Source: Haplodiscus bocki
Lineage: Eukaryota
Direction of reading: 5' to 3'
Assembly: GCA_965655095.1 (NCBI GenBank)
Contig: OZ296648.1
Coordinates: 129,394,001 to 129,458,000, forward strand
DNA: 64,000 nt
The first letter of the stretch is position 1; each line of letters opens with the position of its first letter. A program made the position numbers and the translations under genes. The notes below the pieces were generated by a model that had not been told where the DNA came from, did no database searches, and worked only from the letters and a program-made list of their open reading frames with translations. This document shows positions 26,554 to 38,442 of this stretch, in pieces.

Positions 26554-27965
26554 TTGGCCAATGCTCATCTAGCTTATCCAGACTTGGCTCTGGACAAATT
26601 TCCTGGCACAGACCCAGAACAGGATGCCGAAGCATTCATCCGCTTGATAGAGTGCAAGATTAATTTTGCTCTCGGAACCGAACCAGACGAAGCTGACGAC
26701 GCACATGTTATCTATCTTTTCAGAAAGAAGGCTCTATTTTCCTCATTGCTTAGAAGACCAGCAGCTTAATGGTAAGGGAGCACTATCCAAGATGCAATGA
26801 CTTGGAATGAAGTCCGAACACTGTTCATAACCAGATTTTCAGACAGAGGGAAGAAATTTAGACACAGAATGGAAGTTGAACATTGTATACGAGCTGATTG
26901 AGAGGAGATTCGGAACTTTCTCCAACGAATAAAGAAAACAGTGGAAAATGGCTGGCCCGACGATATGGCTGGAGTTGTAGCAGCTGAACAGGCCGCTGAA
27001 CGCACCGCACAAGCTCGCCAGAGAAGACAAAGTTACATCGATTACACACTAAAGGGACTTAGACCAAGATACCTTCAACGAAAAAGCTGAAGAATACTTG
27101 ATGGAACACCCAAATGCAATTTGGAATGATTTTTCAATACACTTAGTTAACAAAGATGAATCTTATCAAGTCTCTACTAGCTTCCTAAATGACGAAGAAC
27201 AAAACAAAGCTCAAAAGGCCTCTTTGGCACAAGAACTAAAAACCTACCAATTGAGCTGAAGAAACACAGAGTAAACGCTTTAAGAGGGAAACCAGAAACC
27301 TATTGAACCTAACCAGAAAGGAAGACAGAATGCCACACGGTTTTGCGGACATTGTAAAACCAAAGGTCACACTCCTACTTTTTGCAGAAAAAAGATATGA
27401 GATGAAGAAGTCAAGAAGTTGCAGAATGAAGCCACAGCCGAGAAAAAAGGTTACGTTCACCCAAGATTACAACAAGAGACGAGGACCCTCCCACAGATCG
27501 GGGAATGGGACTAGACGGAACGATGATATTGGGGCTATGATGTGAACCCCACGATCATTTACTACAGGAAAATTCCGGCCAAGTAATCAGAGTTCCAGCA
27601 GACCTTTCGAACGAAGAGACTAGCTGAATAACAACAGTGATCGATATAAAGACTACAGAGCGAGATCACAGTATCAGTCAGACCAAGACCAATCCACGAA
27701 GTGGGGAAGTAACGATAACTATTCACGATCGCCTTCAACCTCACGACGAGAGTCCTCATTGACAGAGTTCCGCAGACAACCCTGATCAAATTCGCTTAAC
27801 CCTTCAGTGTTTAACTGGTTTGGAAAGCGAGACCCGAGCGACAATATATAATACGATAAGAAGTTCCCAACTTACAAAGACGGAAACGAGCCAAACGTGG
27901 TTCGATTCACTACAACAGGCGATGAAATTAAAGAACTATCGGGACAATGCCCTATAAATTACTAA
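26554..27965 (+). pseudogene. gag: gag (disrupted by stops and frameshifts)
   Basis: Capsid-like segments (LDKFPGTDPEQDAEAFI, TWNEVRTLFITRFSD, EEIRNFLQRIKK) and a CX2CX4HX4C knuckle CGHCKTKGHTPTFC at 27344-27385. Ends at TAA 27963-27965. Confidence 0.88.
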
Positions 27966-30900
27966 GGTCTCCGAGTTCAGCTACTAATTAGTCCAAGAAA
28001 TCAAGACTCAGCTTCAATTTTTTCTACTTCGCCACCGGAGACACTCAAAAAGATAGTGGCTTAGAAATTGACTTCATGCTAGATGCTGGAGCTTCTAGCT
28101 CAATCATAAACTATCGAACCTTTTGGGAAATCTGCCAAACCCAACATCCAATCACGGTCAAAAGAAGCACTACACAAACAAGGACTTATTCTGGTCAAGT
28201 TATACCTATGATTGGTTTTGCAACATTAACATTAAGTTACGACCCACATGGACAATTTTTTTCCCTCTAACCGTCTGGAAAACCGAAATGAAACCTCAGA
28301 ACCTTCTAGGCATGGACTTCTGTCAGAAGCAAGTATCTGGCTTTCATTTTGATTTATCTAGAATTGCACTTAAAGAGCCATCAGAAACTGTGTGTTATGG
28401 AAGCCTCCATCAGAATAAATTGTATCCTTTCATTTCGCAAAACCTAAGAATACGAACTCTGCATGCAATGCACATTGCAGCCAAGAGCGCAAGATGCTGG
28501 AAATATTCTCCTGAAGATCCTCACGCTCATTTTCCTCCTGGATCCACTTTTCACCCAAATCGCAATGCTTTCGCTACTGGACTATCCTTTGTCAACGTGC
28601 TATGTACTCAACCAGAATCAAAGCTACCTATACTAATAGAAAAAAACAAGAATCACCAAGTTATTTGCCTAAAAGCCGAATTGGCTTTTCATCCCTAGAT
28701 GCCTCCGACAAAGATGAACCAAAATATCAAATACGAGATCTTTATGAGCTGACAAAATCAATCCTCTCAACACATCAACAGTACAACGATTGTTTCCTAC
28801 TACTTTCTACAATTTCTTCCCAGTTACCCGACGAATTCTTGCAAATAGTCTATGGTAACGAAAATTCGATTCTTGAACAGCCCAATTCGATCGGACATTG
28901 TATCACCGCAGATGCTCAGATGAGTAAAGGGTTTGCGCCATTCTTATCAGAAAGAGTTCCGCGGTTAAGGAGAACATGTAGACGAGCCAACCTTCTTAAA
29001 GACCAAGTATTCCCCTTCTGGGTTTTTTCTTCAAGTCGACACATCTATAACCTTGTGACAAAGGAGAATAATTCGGATAAACCTTACCTGCAAACTCTCG
29101 TTACAACATTACAAAATATGCAAGCACACGTTACAATGCACGGAGTTTCAACAATTGCCATACCAAAGATTGGATGTGGTCTTGACCAGATGAACTGGCA
29201 GGATGTAGTCAAACTCCTACGAAATATCTTTGCGTATTCAGATTTACAAATCGTGGTTTATTCATTGGGGGAACACGCAATTCATGCTATGTCAGCTGAG
29301 GGAGATCCGGAGTTCTATGCCAAAAATCAAATAGACCGATATAGCGAAGAATTTCATATGAACGAAAGAGAATCGGAAACCAATTCTATCAGTGACGCTA
29401 AGTCCTGTCAACCAGATTGCGACGAACAATTTCCCATTTTACGCCCGAAAGAGCAAAACGAAGCTCTTATGGAGCACTATCTTCAATACCAGCCTAAAAA
29501 GTTAATTGATTACTTTAAACAATTTGATTTTCAGAACTCAGACGAAACGGATTACCAAATGACTCTTCTCATTGATATGCTAATCGACTCGAAGGTTGTG
29601 TATTCCCTCCACAAGTTCGATGTTGGGAAAACCCCGGCAGAAATTTCATGTTACATTGAAACCGAATGTGGAGTTGAAACGTCAACAAGCGAGTAATGTT
29701 CCGCTACACTTGAAAGTCAAACTTGAGAAACTACTAACACAACCTAAGGACGCCGATATCTTTCGAGAAATGGGCGATGACGGCGAAATGAACTAGTGAT
29801 TGATGCTCATTACCTGAAATCAGTAACTGACCTCACAAACTACTCTTGGCCGTTAGAACCAGTTCAGATGATTATGACCAGAGTGAACGGAAAGTTCTTC
29901 TCAGTCAGTGACTTGTCCTGTGCCTACCATCAGGTACCCCTTAGCTTCGAAACACAGAAATTGACAAGCTTCATCATCGGCGAAAGACAATTTACTTCCA
30001 CCCGAGGATTTTACGGTCTGTGTGGCCTACCAAATTTCTTCAGTCGCTTAATGACGATTCATTTCGACCCACTGATCAAGAAAAAACAGGCAGTTATCTA
30101 CATTGATGGCACCATCATGCAATCGCAAACCAGAGGTGAGATGTCCACCATCATCAATGAGTATCACACCCTTCTGCGGAAGGCTGGCTTAAAAGCTGCC
30201 CCAGACAAGACGTTCTTCTTTCTGAGAAAAGTAAAGTTCCTGGGACACGTTATTTCACCAGATGGGATTCAACCAATAGCAAAACGCGTAGACGCCTTAC
30301 GGAACCTCAAGTCACCCCAGAGTAAGCGACATGTTATGAAGGTCTTGGGATGTCTTGGTTTCTACAGCTGCTACATTATGAACTTACACGTTGATAGTCA
30401 GCCTTTGTATGACTTAATTAAAGATTCTACCCTATTCCACTCGACTGAAGAACATGAAAAATTGTTTAACTCCATTAAGGAACGAATTCACAGAGAAACA
30501 ATTCTAGCAATTCCTTCTACTGATTACCCGTTTCATGTTCACGTGGACTCTTCAAATGTTGGTACAGGTTGTATTCTTATCCAACTAATCCCTGAGGGAA
30601 AGAGAATTATCTCGTTCAATTCGCGTGTACTTGACAAAGCAGAACAAGAAATGTCCACTCTTCATCGAGAACTATGTGGAATCGTATCAGCTCTCCAGAC
30701 ATACGAACACTATATTATTGGATCACCATTTCCCATCTATCTCTATTCTGATCAAAAACCAATTCTTTATTTATGGGGAGGCAAAGAACAACTATCACAT
30801 TGCTTTTTCCGATATCAGGTGATCATTGCAAAATTCCAAAACTTGAAGATCACTTGGACGCCTGGCTCCAACTTAGCCTTTCCGGATATACTCAGCAGAA

Positions 30901-33389
30901 ATGTCACGATCGAGGAATATCAGACGCACCAATTGCAACACAAACGTATTTCGCGTGACATTGGGTTCTTTGACGAACATGCCACTCCGGCCACATACCA
31001 AAATCAACATGAAGACAACCCTAATGATACCTGCAACGACTTCTACCCAATAAAGTACAAACGTGGCAAGGAAGGCAAAATTATGAGATTACAAAACGAC
31101 GGCGAGGACTTTACCGTCAGTAGCAGGCTTGACAAATTTCCAATCACCTCAATCCAACAGGCTTCAGACTGTTTCCAGACGGGAAGATTTATCAATCAAT
31201 TTACACAAATATGTGGGCGAGAGACCCAATCAAATGCATCCGTCAAAACATCTAACACTGAGTATAGTTCAATCACCTCTTTTAGCCCGTCCGAAGATGA
31301 TACGGCAGACTCGACGAGCCCCGGCGATGACTCAAACCTCGTCAGTACAGACTCTGAAGATGACAACATTGTATGTGATATCAGTATTCAAGCTGACCAA
31401 GCCCGACTCTGTCAAGCCAAACAAGCTCACGACGTGGTGCTCGGGAAAACAGATGCTTCGCTAGTCAAGAAATTCCTAACACCTTCTCATGCTCCTCATC
31501 TGGAAACCAAGGCATTAATCCAGAAACTTCACGAAGTTGCGAAGACAGCAGATATTGATGTATCAACCATTCTTGCAGATAAAATGAATGACCAGTACTT
31601 GGTACTGTACATTCTTGGATTCGTAAAAACACTCCTCCCGATATTAAATCACCAGAGATACAAAAGTCTAAAGGTCTTTTACGATATTGCCACGAATTCA
31701 ACAAACTTCTCATCGAAGAAGGTCAGCTCCTTTGCTATAATGAACCGTCAGACAAGCTAGAAGAGCAAAATCTCCGTTTTTGTCTCCCTTTATCCCTATT
31801 CCTTGCATGCTTCCGACTGGGACACTACAACGAAACGGGTGGACACATGGCAGCAACCAAAACCTCTGCCAATGCCAAGAGTTTTTACTCTTGGCCTCGA
31901 ATGTTTGATTGGATGTGTGCTTTGACAGCCGATTGCCTTACCTAAACAGAACAACAAACCTAAACCGAAGCATCGAAACCAAGTTGCACTCGAAGAATGG
32001 CAAAACGAATCCGTTCCTTTCCGCACTGTACACATCGATTACAAGGGACCCATTCACCCGACTAGTGCTAGTAACGTCCATTGTCTTTTAATCGTTGATG
32101 CACTTTCTCGATTTTTGATGGTCTGCCCAGTACGTAATACAACAGCTCTAGCAACCATTACAGCTGTTGAAAAGTGGACCTTTTCTTTTGGAATCTCACA
32201 ATCAATCAACCACGACCGAGGTACTGTTTTCATCAATACAGAGTTCATCAACTGGACCAAAGAACTTGGAATTACTCTATGACTTCGTACAGCTTATTCA
32301 CCCTGGACAAATGGTGAAATTGGAACCCAGAACCAGCATATTGCTCGATACTGGAGAAACTTTCTCAATGATGCCGGAAATAACTGGTCGTCACTAGCAC
32401 CGAAGATTGTATTCGCCCACAATTCAAGCGTCAACAACACAACTGGGAAAACCTCATATGAAATTGTCTTTGGGACCAAACCACAAATACCTATGTCACT
32501 CAAGCTGGGACTTTATCGGAATAAACACAAACTTTGCTGTTCTAAGTTTTGTAAGGACCCCCTTTCTCAATCTCATGGTGAGAACAGCTTGAAAAACAAA
32601 TTGTTGGACAACCTACTTCAACCGCAATTATCACAAGCTCTTTTAGAAAGAGAACGAACCTTTAAACGAATTTATTCCTCAAACTTCGAACGATGCCGAG
32701 AACAGACCGAGCAATCACACGCTTATCGCAATCGTTTCAAGTTGAAACACCACCTTGAGATAGGACAGAAAGTACTTTACGAAAATCACAAACAAGATCT
32801 CACACGAAGCCAAAAATTTCAACAGCGAAGACTCGGACCCTTCACCGTTACCAAGCGCATCACCAATACCCTCTATCAAATTCAGGACGATAAAGACCCT
32901 ACAGTTATCAAAACTGTTCATCGAAACCACCTTGTCGAAAACTATCCTAAAGAAAGATCTCTACCCGCAATGATAGAGGAATACGTACCTTTTAGTCATC
33001 AGGATTATAACTTGTACGAGCGTTTCATGGAACAAAGCACCGAGGATCTAAATAACCCAAACACAACAGAAGATCATGTCACCTTCCAATTCCCAATTCA
33101 ACCGTTACGATCTCTTTCGTCCATAAACAAGCCAAAACGATCGAGTATGCATAGTAACGATTCAGGAATTACTTCCACATTTGTTTCTTCTTGCACCCCT
33201 GTGCTATCATCTGCAACTATTATGGAAACGTCGACCCCCTATTCATCTTCTTCTCAACAAGCACAAACTGCTCAATTGTCAGCCCGGGAACATCTTAGCC
33301 CGATTCGACAATTTATTCGTAACAGTGCCACACGCATGGCTAGAAATAGCATTGAATCGCGCTCTAAGGGGCCGAAATACAACCGCTGA
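27962..33389 (+). pseudogene. pol: pol polyprotein: protease - macrodomain - RT - RNase H - spacer - integrase (disrupted)
   Basis: Protease LDAGAS...LLGMDF. RT DLSCAYHQ, FYGLCGLP, YIDG (30099-30110, decayed YIDD) and VKFLGHVI, with an apparent deletion near 29795. RNase H VDSSNVGTG, RELCGIV, SDQKP, PDILSR. Integrase GH..GGH..W..C, HIDYKGP, HDRGTVF, SPWTNG, GPFTV...VHRNHL. Confidence 0.95.
28842..29261 (+). other. TARG1/OARD1 (C6orf130)-type macrodomain embedded in pol
   Basis: SIGHCITADAQMSKGFA, IYNLVTK, KP..L, IAIPKIGCGLDQMNWQDV and IVVY match the TARG1 motifs SLAHCISED.RMG.GIA, IYYLITK and MPRIGCGLDRLQW..V. The domain is open and in frame. Confidence 0.9.
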
Positions 33390-33619
33390 CAGCCCAACTA
33401 CCACGATCCACAATTATTATTTCAAACCCGCACTCGACAGGGCTATAAACCCTGATCCCCTTTACACCATTGCCACATTATTTTCTACGCGAGATTATTG
33501 CTTTTTTTGATTCCCAATTACATTGAACAAGATGGCTACAATCCTTCAACGACGCCCCACAGTCCTTTTGTAGCCATATTCTATTCTTATTCTTATCTTT
33601 TCAATCTTTTACCAAATTA

Positions 33620-34305
33620 TCGCAAAAAAACCAAAACGATTTTTATTTGTTGTGCAATTCCAAAGAAGAAAGCCGTACAGTAAACTACGGGACATGGCAT
33701 ATAAAAAGCCGCCGAGAGCTAAAAGGCCCCCGACCACCGTTATAGCCAAGCGACTTACTCAATTTCGAGGAAGCCGCCCAACTTCGCCCACAACCGTATT
33801 TTTGCTGCTTTTTCGGCGGCCGACCAGCCTTCAAAATACTGTCTCAATAAACTTTTGTTCAGACTGGTCAACCTGAAATCACCGGCACTATAAGCCAACA
33901 TTTGATCAAACGCACGGCTGCAGGCTGCAAGAATTTAACTTCCCACTGTCGACCGTGGAAATGCTGCAGGAAAGCCCAGAAATTCCTTGACATCATGGGC
34001 GCCTCCACCACATAACTTTCTTCGTTTATTTGGGCCCTCGTCTCTACGGCCCAGTTTTTCAGTTCAAGGACATCAGCCTTATTAAAATAATTGAGGAAGT
34101 TTGTCCCGTCGTCTGACAATTCCCAGATGGGGGACGAATTGCCGACGGGAATCGGCGCAGGATGAACGGGAGAAGGAGATTCTGGCTGCGGCGGAGGAGA
34201 CGCCGGGAATTCATCAGTATCTACATTTACGTTAATGTGTAAAAACCCAGCGCCCTCTTCAGAATCGGAACTTTCCCCCTAAAAGGATTCATTGTCGCTG
34301 TCCAT
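33620..34305 (-). pseudogene. Decayed antisense accessory ORF inside the element
   Basis: The minus strand from ATG at 34305 reads MDSDNESF*GESSDSEEG...PASPPPQPESPSP. After frameshifts it continues WELSDDGTNFLNYFNKADVLELKNWAVE... and FRLTSLNKSLLRQYFEGWSAAEKAAKIRLWAKLGGFLE. TTTTGCAG|G sits directly before the ATG. Confidence 0.5.
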
Positions 34306-34789
34306 CCTGCAAAATTTTTACCTTAGCCTTTGGAACCTACGACCCCCCCGCTCTTAACGCGACGCCTTTATCCTATTCAGAACAACGTTGCTTCCTCCTG
34401 CCAACAGCTCAATGATACGAAATCAAAGCGTTTCCGACAAGAGGTAGGACTACATTAGTCCCGAACCCAAAAACAGTGCTCAAGGACTCAAGGATTCTCC
34501 CACAGTTGTTGATTAGAATTTTGTCTTACACTTACCAACGCCTATTTTACGCTTTCACCCCCGGAAGGCCCTGCAGTGACGAGCACAGCAGAACGAGGAA
34601 ATGAAGAGGATGGCACCAAAGTTTTGTTCGTTTTACATAAATTATTTGGTTTTTTTAATTAATGTTACGAAAAACCTAATTTCTTAAAACTCCTGAAGTT
34701 TAGATAGTACATAGTTACCTTATATTTGTAGTAAATGCCTAATTTGTACATCGTTTGCATTGAAATAACTGAAGAGTACATTCTCAGAT

Positions 34790-35023
34790 TTGCTATGGAA
34801 GATGTATGTCAAAAATGACGAAGAATTAAAGTCAATAAAAAGAATCGAGTTGAAATCCGACGCAACAACGATCCTCGTTCACACTATAACAGAAGAGGGA
34901 CAAGAAGAAGAATACAAGTGTTTTTCTGACTCTCCTAATTATTGCCATCTCCGCTGTCTATTGTCTGCAGACATCTACATTATCAGTGATATTATTTGTG
35001 GCAACAAGGGGCATATTTTTTAA
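34790..35023 (+). CDS. Accessory ORF B1, unknown function, paralog of B2
   Basis: Open frame (first ATG at 34802); aligns with B2 using a single gap. Confidence 0.55.
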   Translation: MLWKMYVKNDEELKSIKRIELKSDATTILVHTITEEGQEEEYKCFSDSPNYCHLRCLLSADIYIISDIICGNKGHIF

Positions 35024-35245
35024 TTGACACTCATACTCCTCCGAATTGACAATCAATTTCAGTGTATTGCGGGCTTAACGTTCATCACAGGAACGAAAGA
35101 CTTCATGGTAACAACCCAATCTACTAACAACGATCAGATAACAACCTTTATTTGCTCACCCGAATCAGCTCATTATCCTCTCATTGAAGCTATACTCAAG
35201 AACCCTCCCCCGAACCACATTAAAAGACAGAACGGAAAATGTTAA
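35024..35245 (+). CDS. Accessory ORF B2, unknown function, paralog of B1
   Basis: Directly abuts B1. Shared pattern D-x5-I-x13-V-x-T...(Y/F)xCxx(D/E)Sx(N/H)Yxx(L/I)xx(L/I)L. No ATG start. Confidence 0.5.
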   Translation: MTLILLRIDNQFQCIAGLTFITGTKDFMVTTQSTNNDQITTFICSPESAHYPLIEAILKNPPPNHIKRQNGKC

Positions 35246-35314
35246 ACGATTGTTTGCAACAGACATTTTTTTCCAGCAGACCTGGAGTGTGGGAACACAG
35301 AACCCATCTTTTGA

Positions 35315-35725
35315 ATGCATCAATTAGGGATATCAATCTCACAGTCACACACAAACACACCACTCAACAGAGTTAATTTCAATTGTAAGTGGACTTCAAC
35401 TAATTTGGGAGAGTGCAAAATCACTAATATTTGTCGGCTACCCAACGGGAGCACCTTACTAGTGCGAATTGACCCGATTGTGAATCTACCCACTGTATTA
35501 GTTATCCCAATACCTGCACGCACAGCAGAATTCGTCAACCTCTTTGTGACCCTCACAATTGCCGGTCGGAACATGGCCACTCCGACTTTGGACACGACGG
35601 AAAACCAAAGTTTGGTAGATCTCTTGGCGTATATGAAAGATAACCTTGGGACCTACACTGGGGTGTCACTGATAAACCTATTGCACGAAACTTGCAATCT
35701 TTCCGACCTGGAACTCAAACGATAG
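35315..35725 (+). CDS. Accessory ORF C (136 aa), unknown function
   Basis: ATG-initiated open frame with globular-protein-like composition, between pol and env. Confidence 0.5.
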   Translation: MHQLGISISQSHTNTPLNRVNFNCKWTSTNLGECKITNICRLPNGSTLLVRIDPIVNLPTVLVIPIPARTAEFVNLFVTLTIAGRNMATPTLDTTENQSLVDLLAYMKDNLGTYTGVSLINLLHETCNLSDLELKR

Positions 35726-36176
35726 ACGAGGAAGGTAGGTGAGTTGCTCAAAACCCCTACGAAGTCTACAAATCAATCAATCTACTTCACCAATAAAAAA
35801 ACCTCTGATGGTTCGACGTAACGGCCAACTGGGAACTACAAATCATCAAGACCCAGATAGTTGGACGTGCGAGCCAATTGGGAACTACAATCACCTATTA
35901 CCTATGGTGGAGGTAAGGTAAATTTTAATTTTGGCACCTCTTTGCGACACTGGTTTTAGTCCGGCGCACTTTTTGGTAATACCGGTTTTAGTCCGCCACC
36001 CCTTTACAAAAATCTCCACGTAGTTATTTAGAATAGTGTAGCGACTCTATAAATATAGTGCTACCGCTTCGGTGTTAGTGCCTACGAAGTAGCCGGTAAA
36101 ATATACTACGACTGTTCCTTTTCTTTTGGTAGTTGTGATGAAAAATTTCACTCTACCCTTCCCATTTGCTAAAGCA

Positions 36177-38341
36177 ATGCATGTAAAAAACCAGGTTTTG
36201 TTCTTCATTATTTTAGCCAGCTTCATAAGTGGCAAGCTCGAAAACTCAGATTTGCACAACATAGCCTGCCACCTCAAAGTGACACATGACTGTAGAGACA
36301 TGACAGAGAATAACCTCTACGCTTTAAACTAAGTTTCCAAATGCAACATTGCTCCCGAGAACCTAGAAGCCAGCAGTGCAAAATTTACGATGTACACAAA
36401 ACATTTTCGACAAGAAATCAACGCAGCAGTTTGTGGAGTCAATAATCAGAGTGGAGAATGGCACTGTGGCTCTGGAGACAATTCAAGCACGGACGCCCAT
36501 CATACAGGAGGAATAACAACAGACTTAACCGTTACAGCATCTCAATGGAGAACCTTGGCGAGAGGAGGTTCAATCACTTTAAAAGATGAGACACTCGAGT
36601 TCAAGAAAGGAGTATAAACAACGGTAGTTAAACACACAGATTGTGATGACGATGGAGCGGACCTCAGCGACAAATACAGAAATGAATGCAACTCAATTGG
36701 ATGGGTAAATCGCAAAACATTTGAATGCCATGTATAAGACGTCGTGCTTAAAGTACGTACTAAGAATGGGAAAGTTATGAGCAAAGACGGACTACAATTA
36801 ACGTTCCCTTTGGGACAACTTAGATGCGATGCTGCCTCATTCGACCCTTATGCATACCCATGGGACGCCCCTGACAACTGCGTATTAGCTATTCAACAGA
36901 AAAAAGACGTTAACATGATCAAACAAGAAAAAACAACTAGTATATTGTCAGTGGACGAAACAACACCAGTCAGTATCTGTTCGAAGTAAAAACGAAAACC
37001 GAAGTTTTCTGTAGCAAGCCAGTACAAGTATACCCAACCAACTACGATTCATTACACGTGGTTATCGTTTTTGGCGGATTCGATCTAGTTTCTAGGAACA
37101 AAATGGGATTCTCAGGAGGAACACAACACTTACAATACTACCAGCCTTCAGTTTCATCTGGCGGCAGGCTATTCGTACACAAACCTGAGTCACCCCATAC
37201 AGATAATCCTAACTCAGAAACGCCTCATTACCTTAACCTAGACTACGAACTCCATCACGGAACAAAACTGGATTATCTGTTCTTCGAAAGCTCAAAGATG
37301 CTTGAAGGCTCCGAGATACATCTTCTAAAGAATTTATGCGAACAAGAAAGAACTCAAATTTTGACTACTCGGTTGCTTTCAATGGAAAACTTACGTTTAG
37401 CTGGTTATATGCTAACTGGGAATCGCTCCATGTTCCTCAGTACCGATGGCAGCCTCGCTTTGTTATATCACTGCCCTCTGATGCGTTCTCCACCACAGGT
37501 GATGAACCAATGTTATAATAAATTTCCTATATTCTACAAAAATGCAATCCTCTTCGTCGACCCAATCACTCGACAAACATACCCAGATGCTCAAGTTCAA
37601 AATTGTTCTGACAGGATAAGGAACCTCTTTCAATTCGACAAGGAAGATGAGAACTCGTAGTTCACTATTACACCCACTCTAGAACACAGGAAACGACCAG
37701 CAAAATTTGGACCAAAAGATGTAACCCCTGTATACAGAAGAGCTTTTGGTGGAGCAGGAGATGCTGGAATCTACACACGAGCACAGTTATCTGATTTCTG
37801 GGACAAAATCCTTATCAGCGCTGCTTCAAGGAAAGCTTTGCAAAAATTTTCAAGAGAACTCATTGTCCTCAACACAGCAATTCATGGACCAGAACAATTT
37901 TCTTATTATGCCCCAAGAACGGATTTCTATGTGGACAACATGATTTCCCCCAGTTACTTCAAGAATCAGTTCATGGACACGTTCGGATCTGTTGCTTATG
38001 TTTTGGAACTTTTTGGAACATATTTCTCTTGCTTTCTGTGTATCAAACCCATCGTTGATCTTATAGTCATGATTTTGCGACACATGGAAATTAACCGTCT
38101 TACTGGTGCGTCACTTGGATTTGGCCAGACACTACTGAGCGTTTCTTACAACTTATTTTTAACGTCTATTCCAACGTCAATGTTCAACCCCCAAGCTCCC
38201 TTTTTGCAAGCGTTGGAACCTGAACCAACGCCCACAAGAATAGAAGACGAGACTAGAGATCCAGCAGATGAAGATAAGAAAAAGCAAGAGCATCTTTGTC
38301 CAACTGTTCATTGCCCCACTACGGCTCGTTCCCCTGTTTGA
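36177..38341 (+). pseudogene. env: env-like glycoprotein related to Chuviridae glycoprotein (class III fusogen-like); 4 stops and 1 frameshift
   Basis: Signal peptide VLFFIILASFISG. Cys-rich ectodomain motifs HDC, WHCGSGDNSS, LRCD...YPW...DNC, TKLDYLF, LCEQER, HCP...QCYNKFPI...FVDPITR...NC and AGIYTRAQL. C-terminal TM segment VAYVLELFGTYFSCFLCIKPIVDLIVMIL. About 720 codons when the fragments are joined. Confidence 0.82.
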
Positions 38342-38442
38342 TTAGAATAATATGAGCGTTATCCTTGATGGCTTTTCCAATAAATCATTAATTTCATTTT
38401 TTAAAAAATCTTTTCTAGAATTCAGACGACCAACCACTAGCT

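Noticed and set aside
28440-28700. dUTPase-like segment after the protease
   Set aside because: No dUTPase catalytic motifs; similar beta-rich linkers are common in Gypsy pol.
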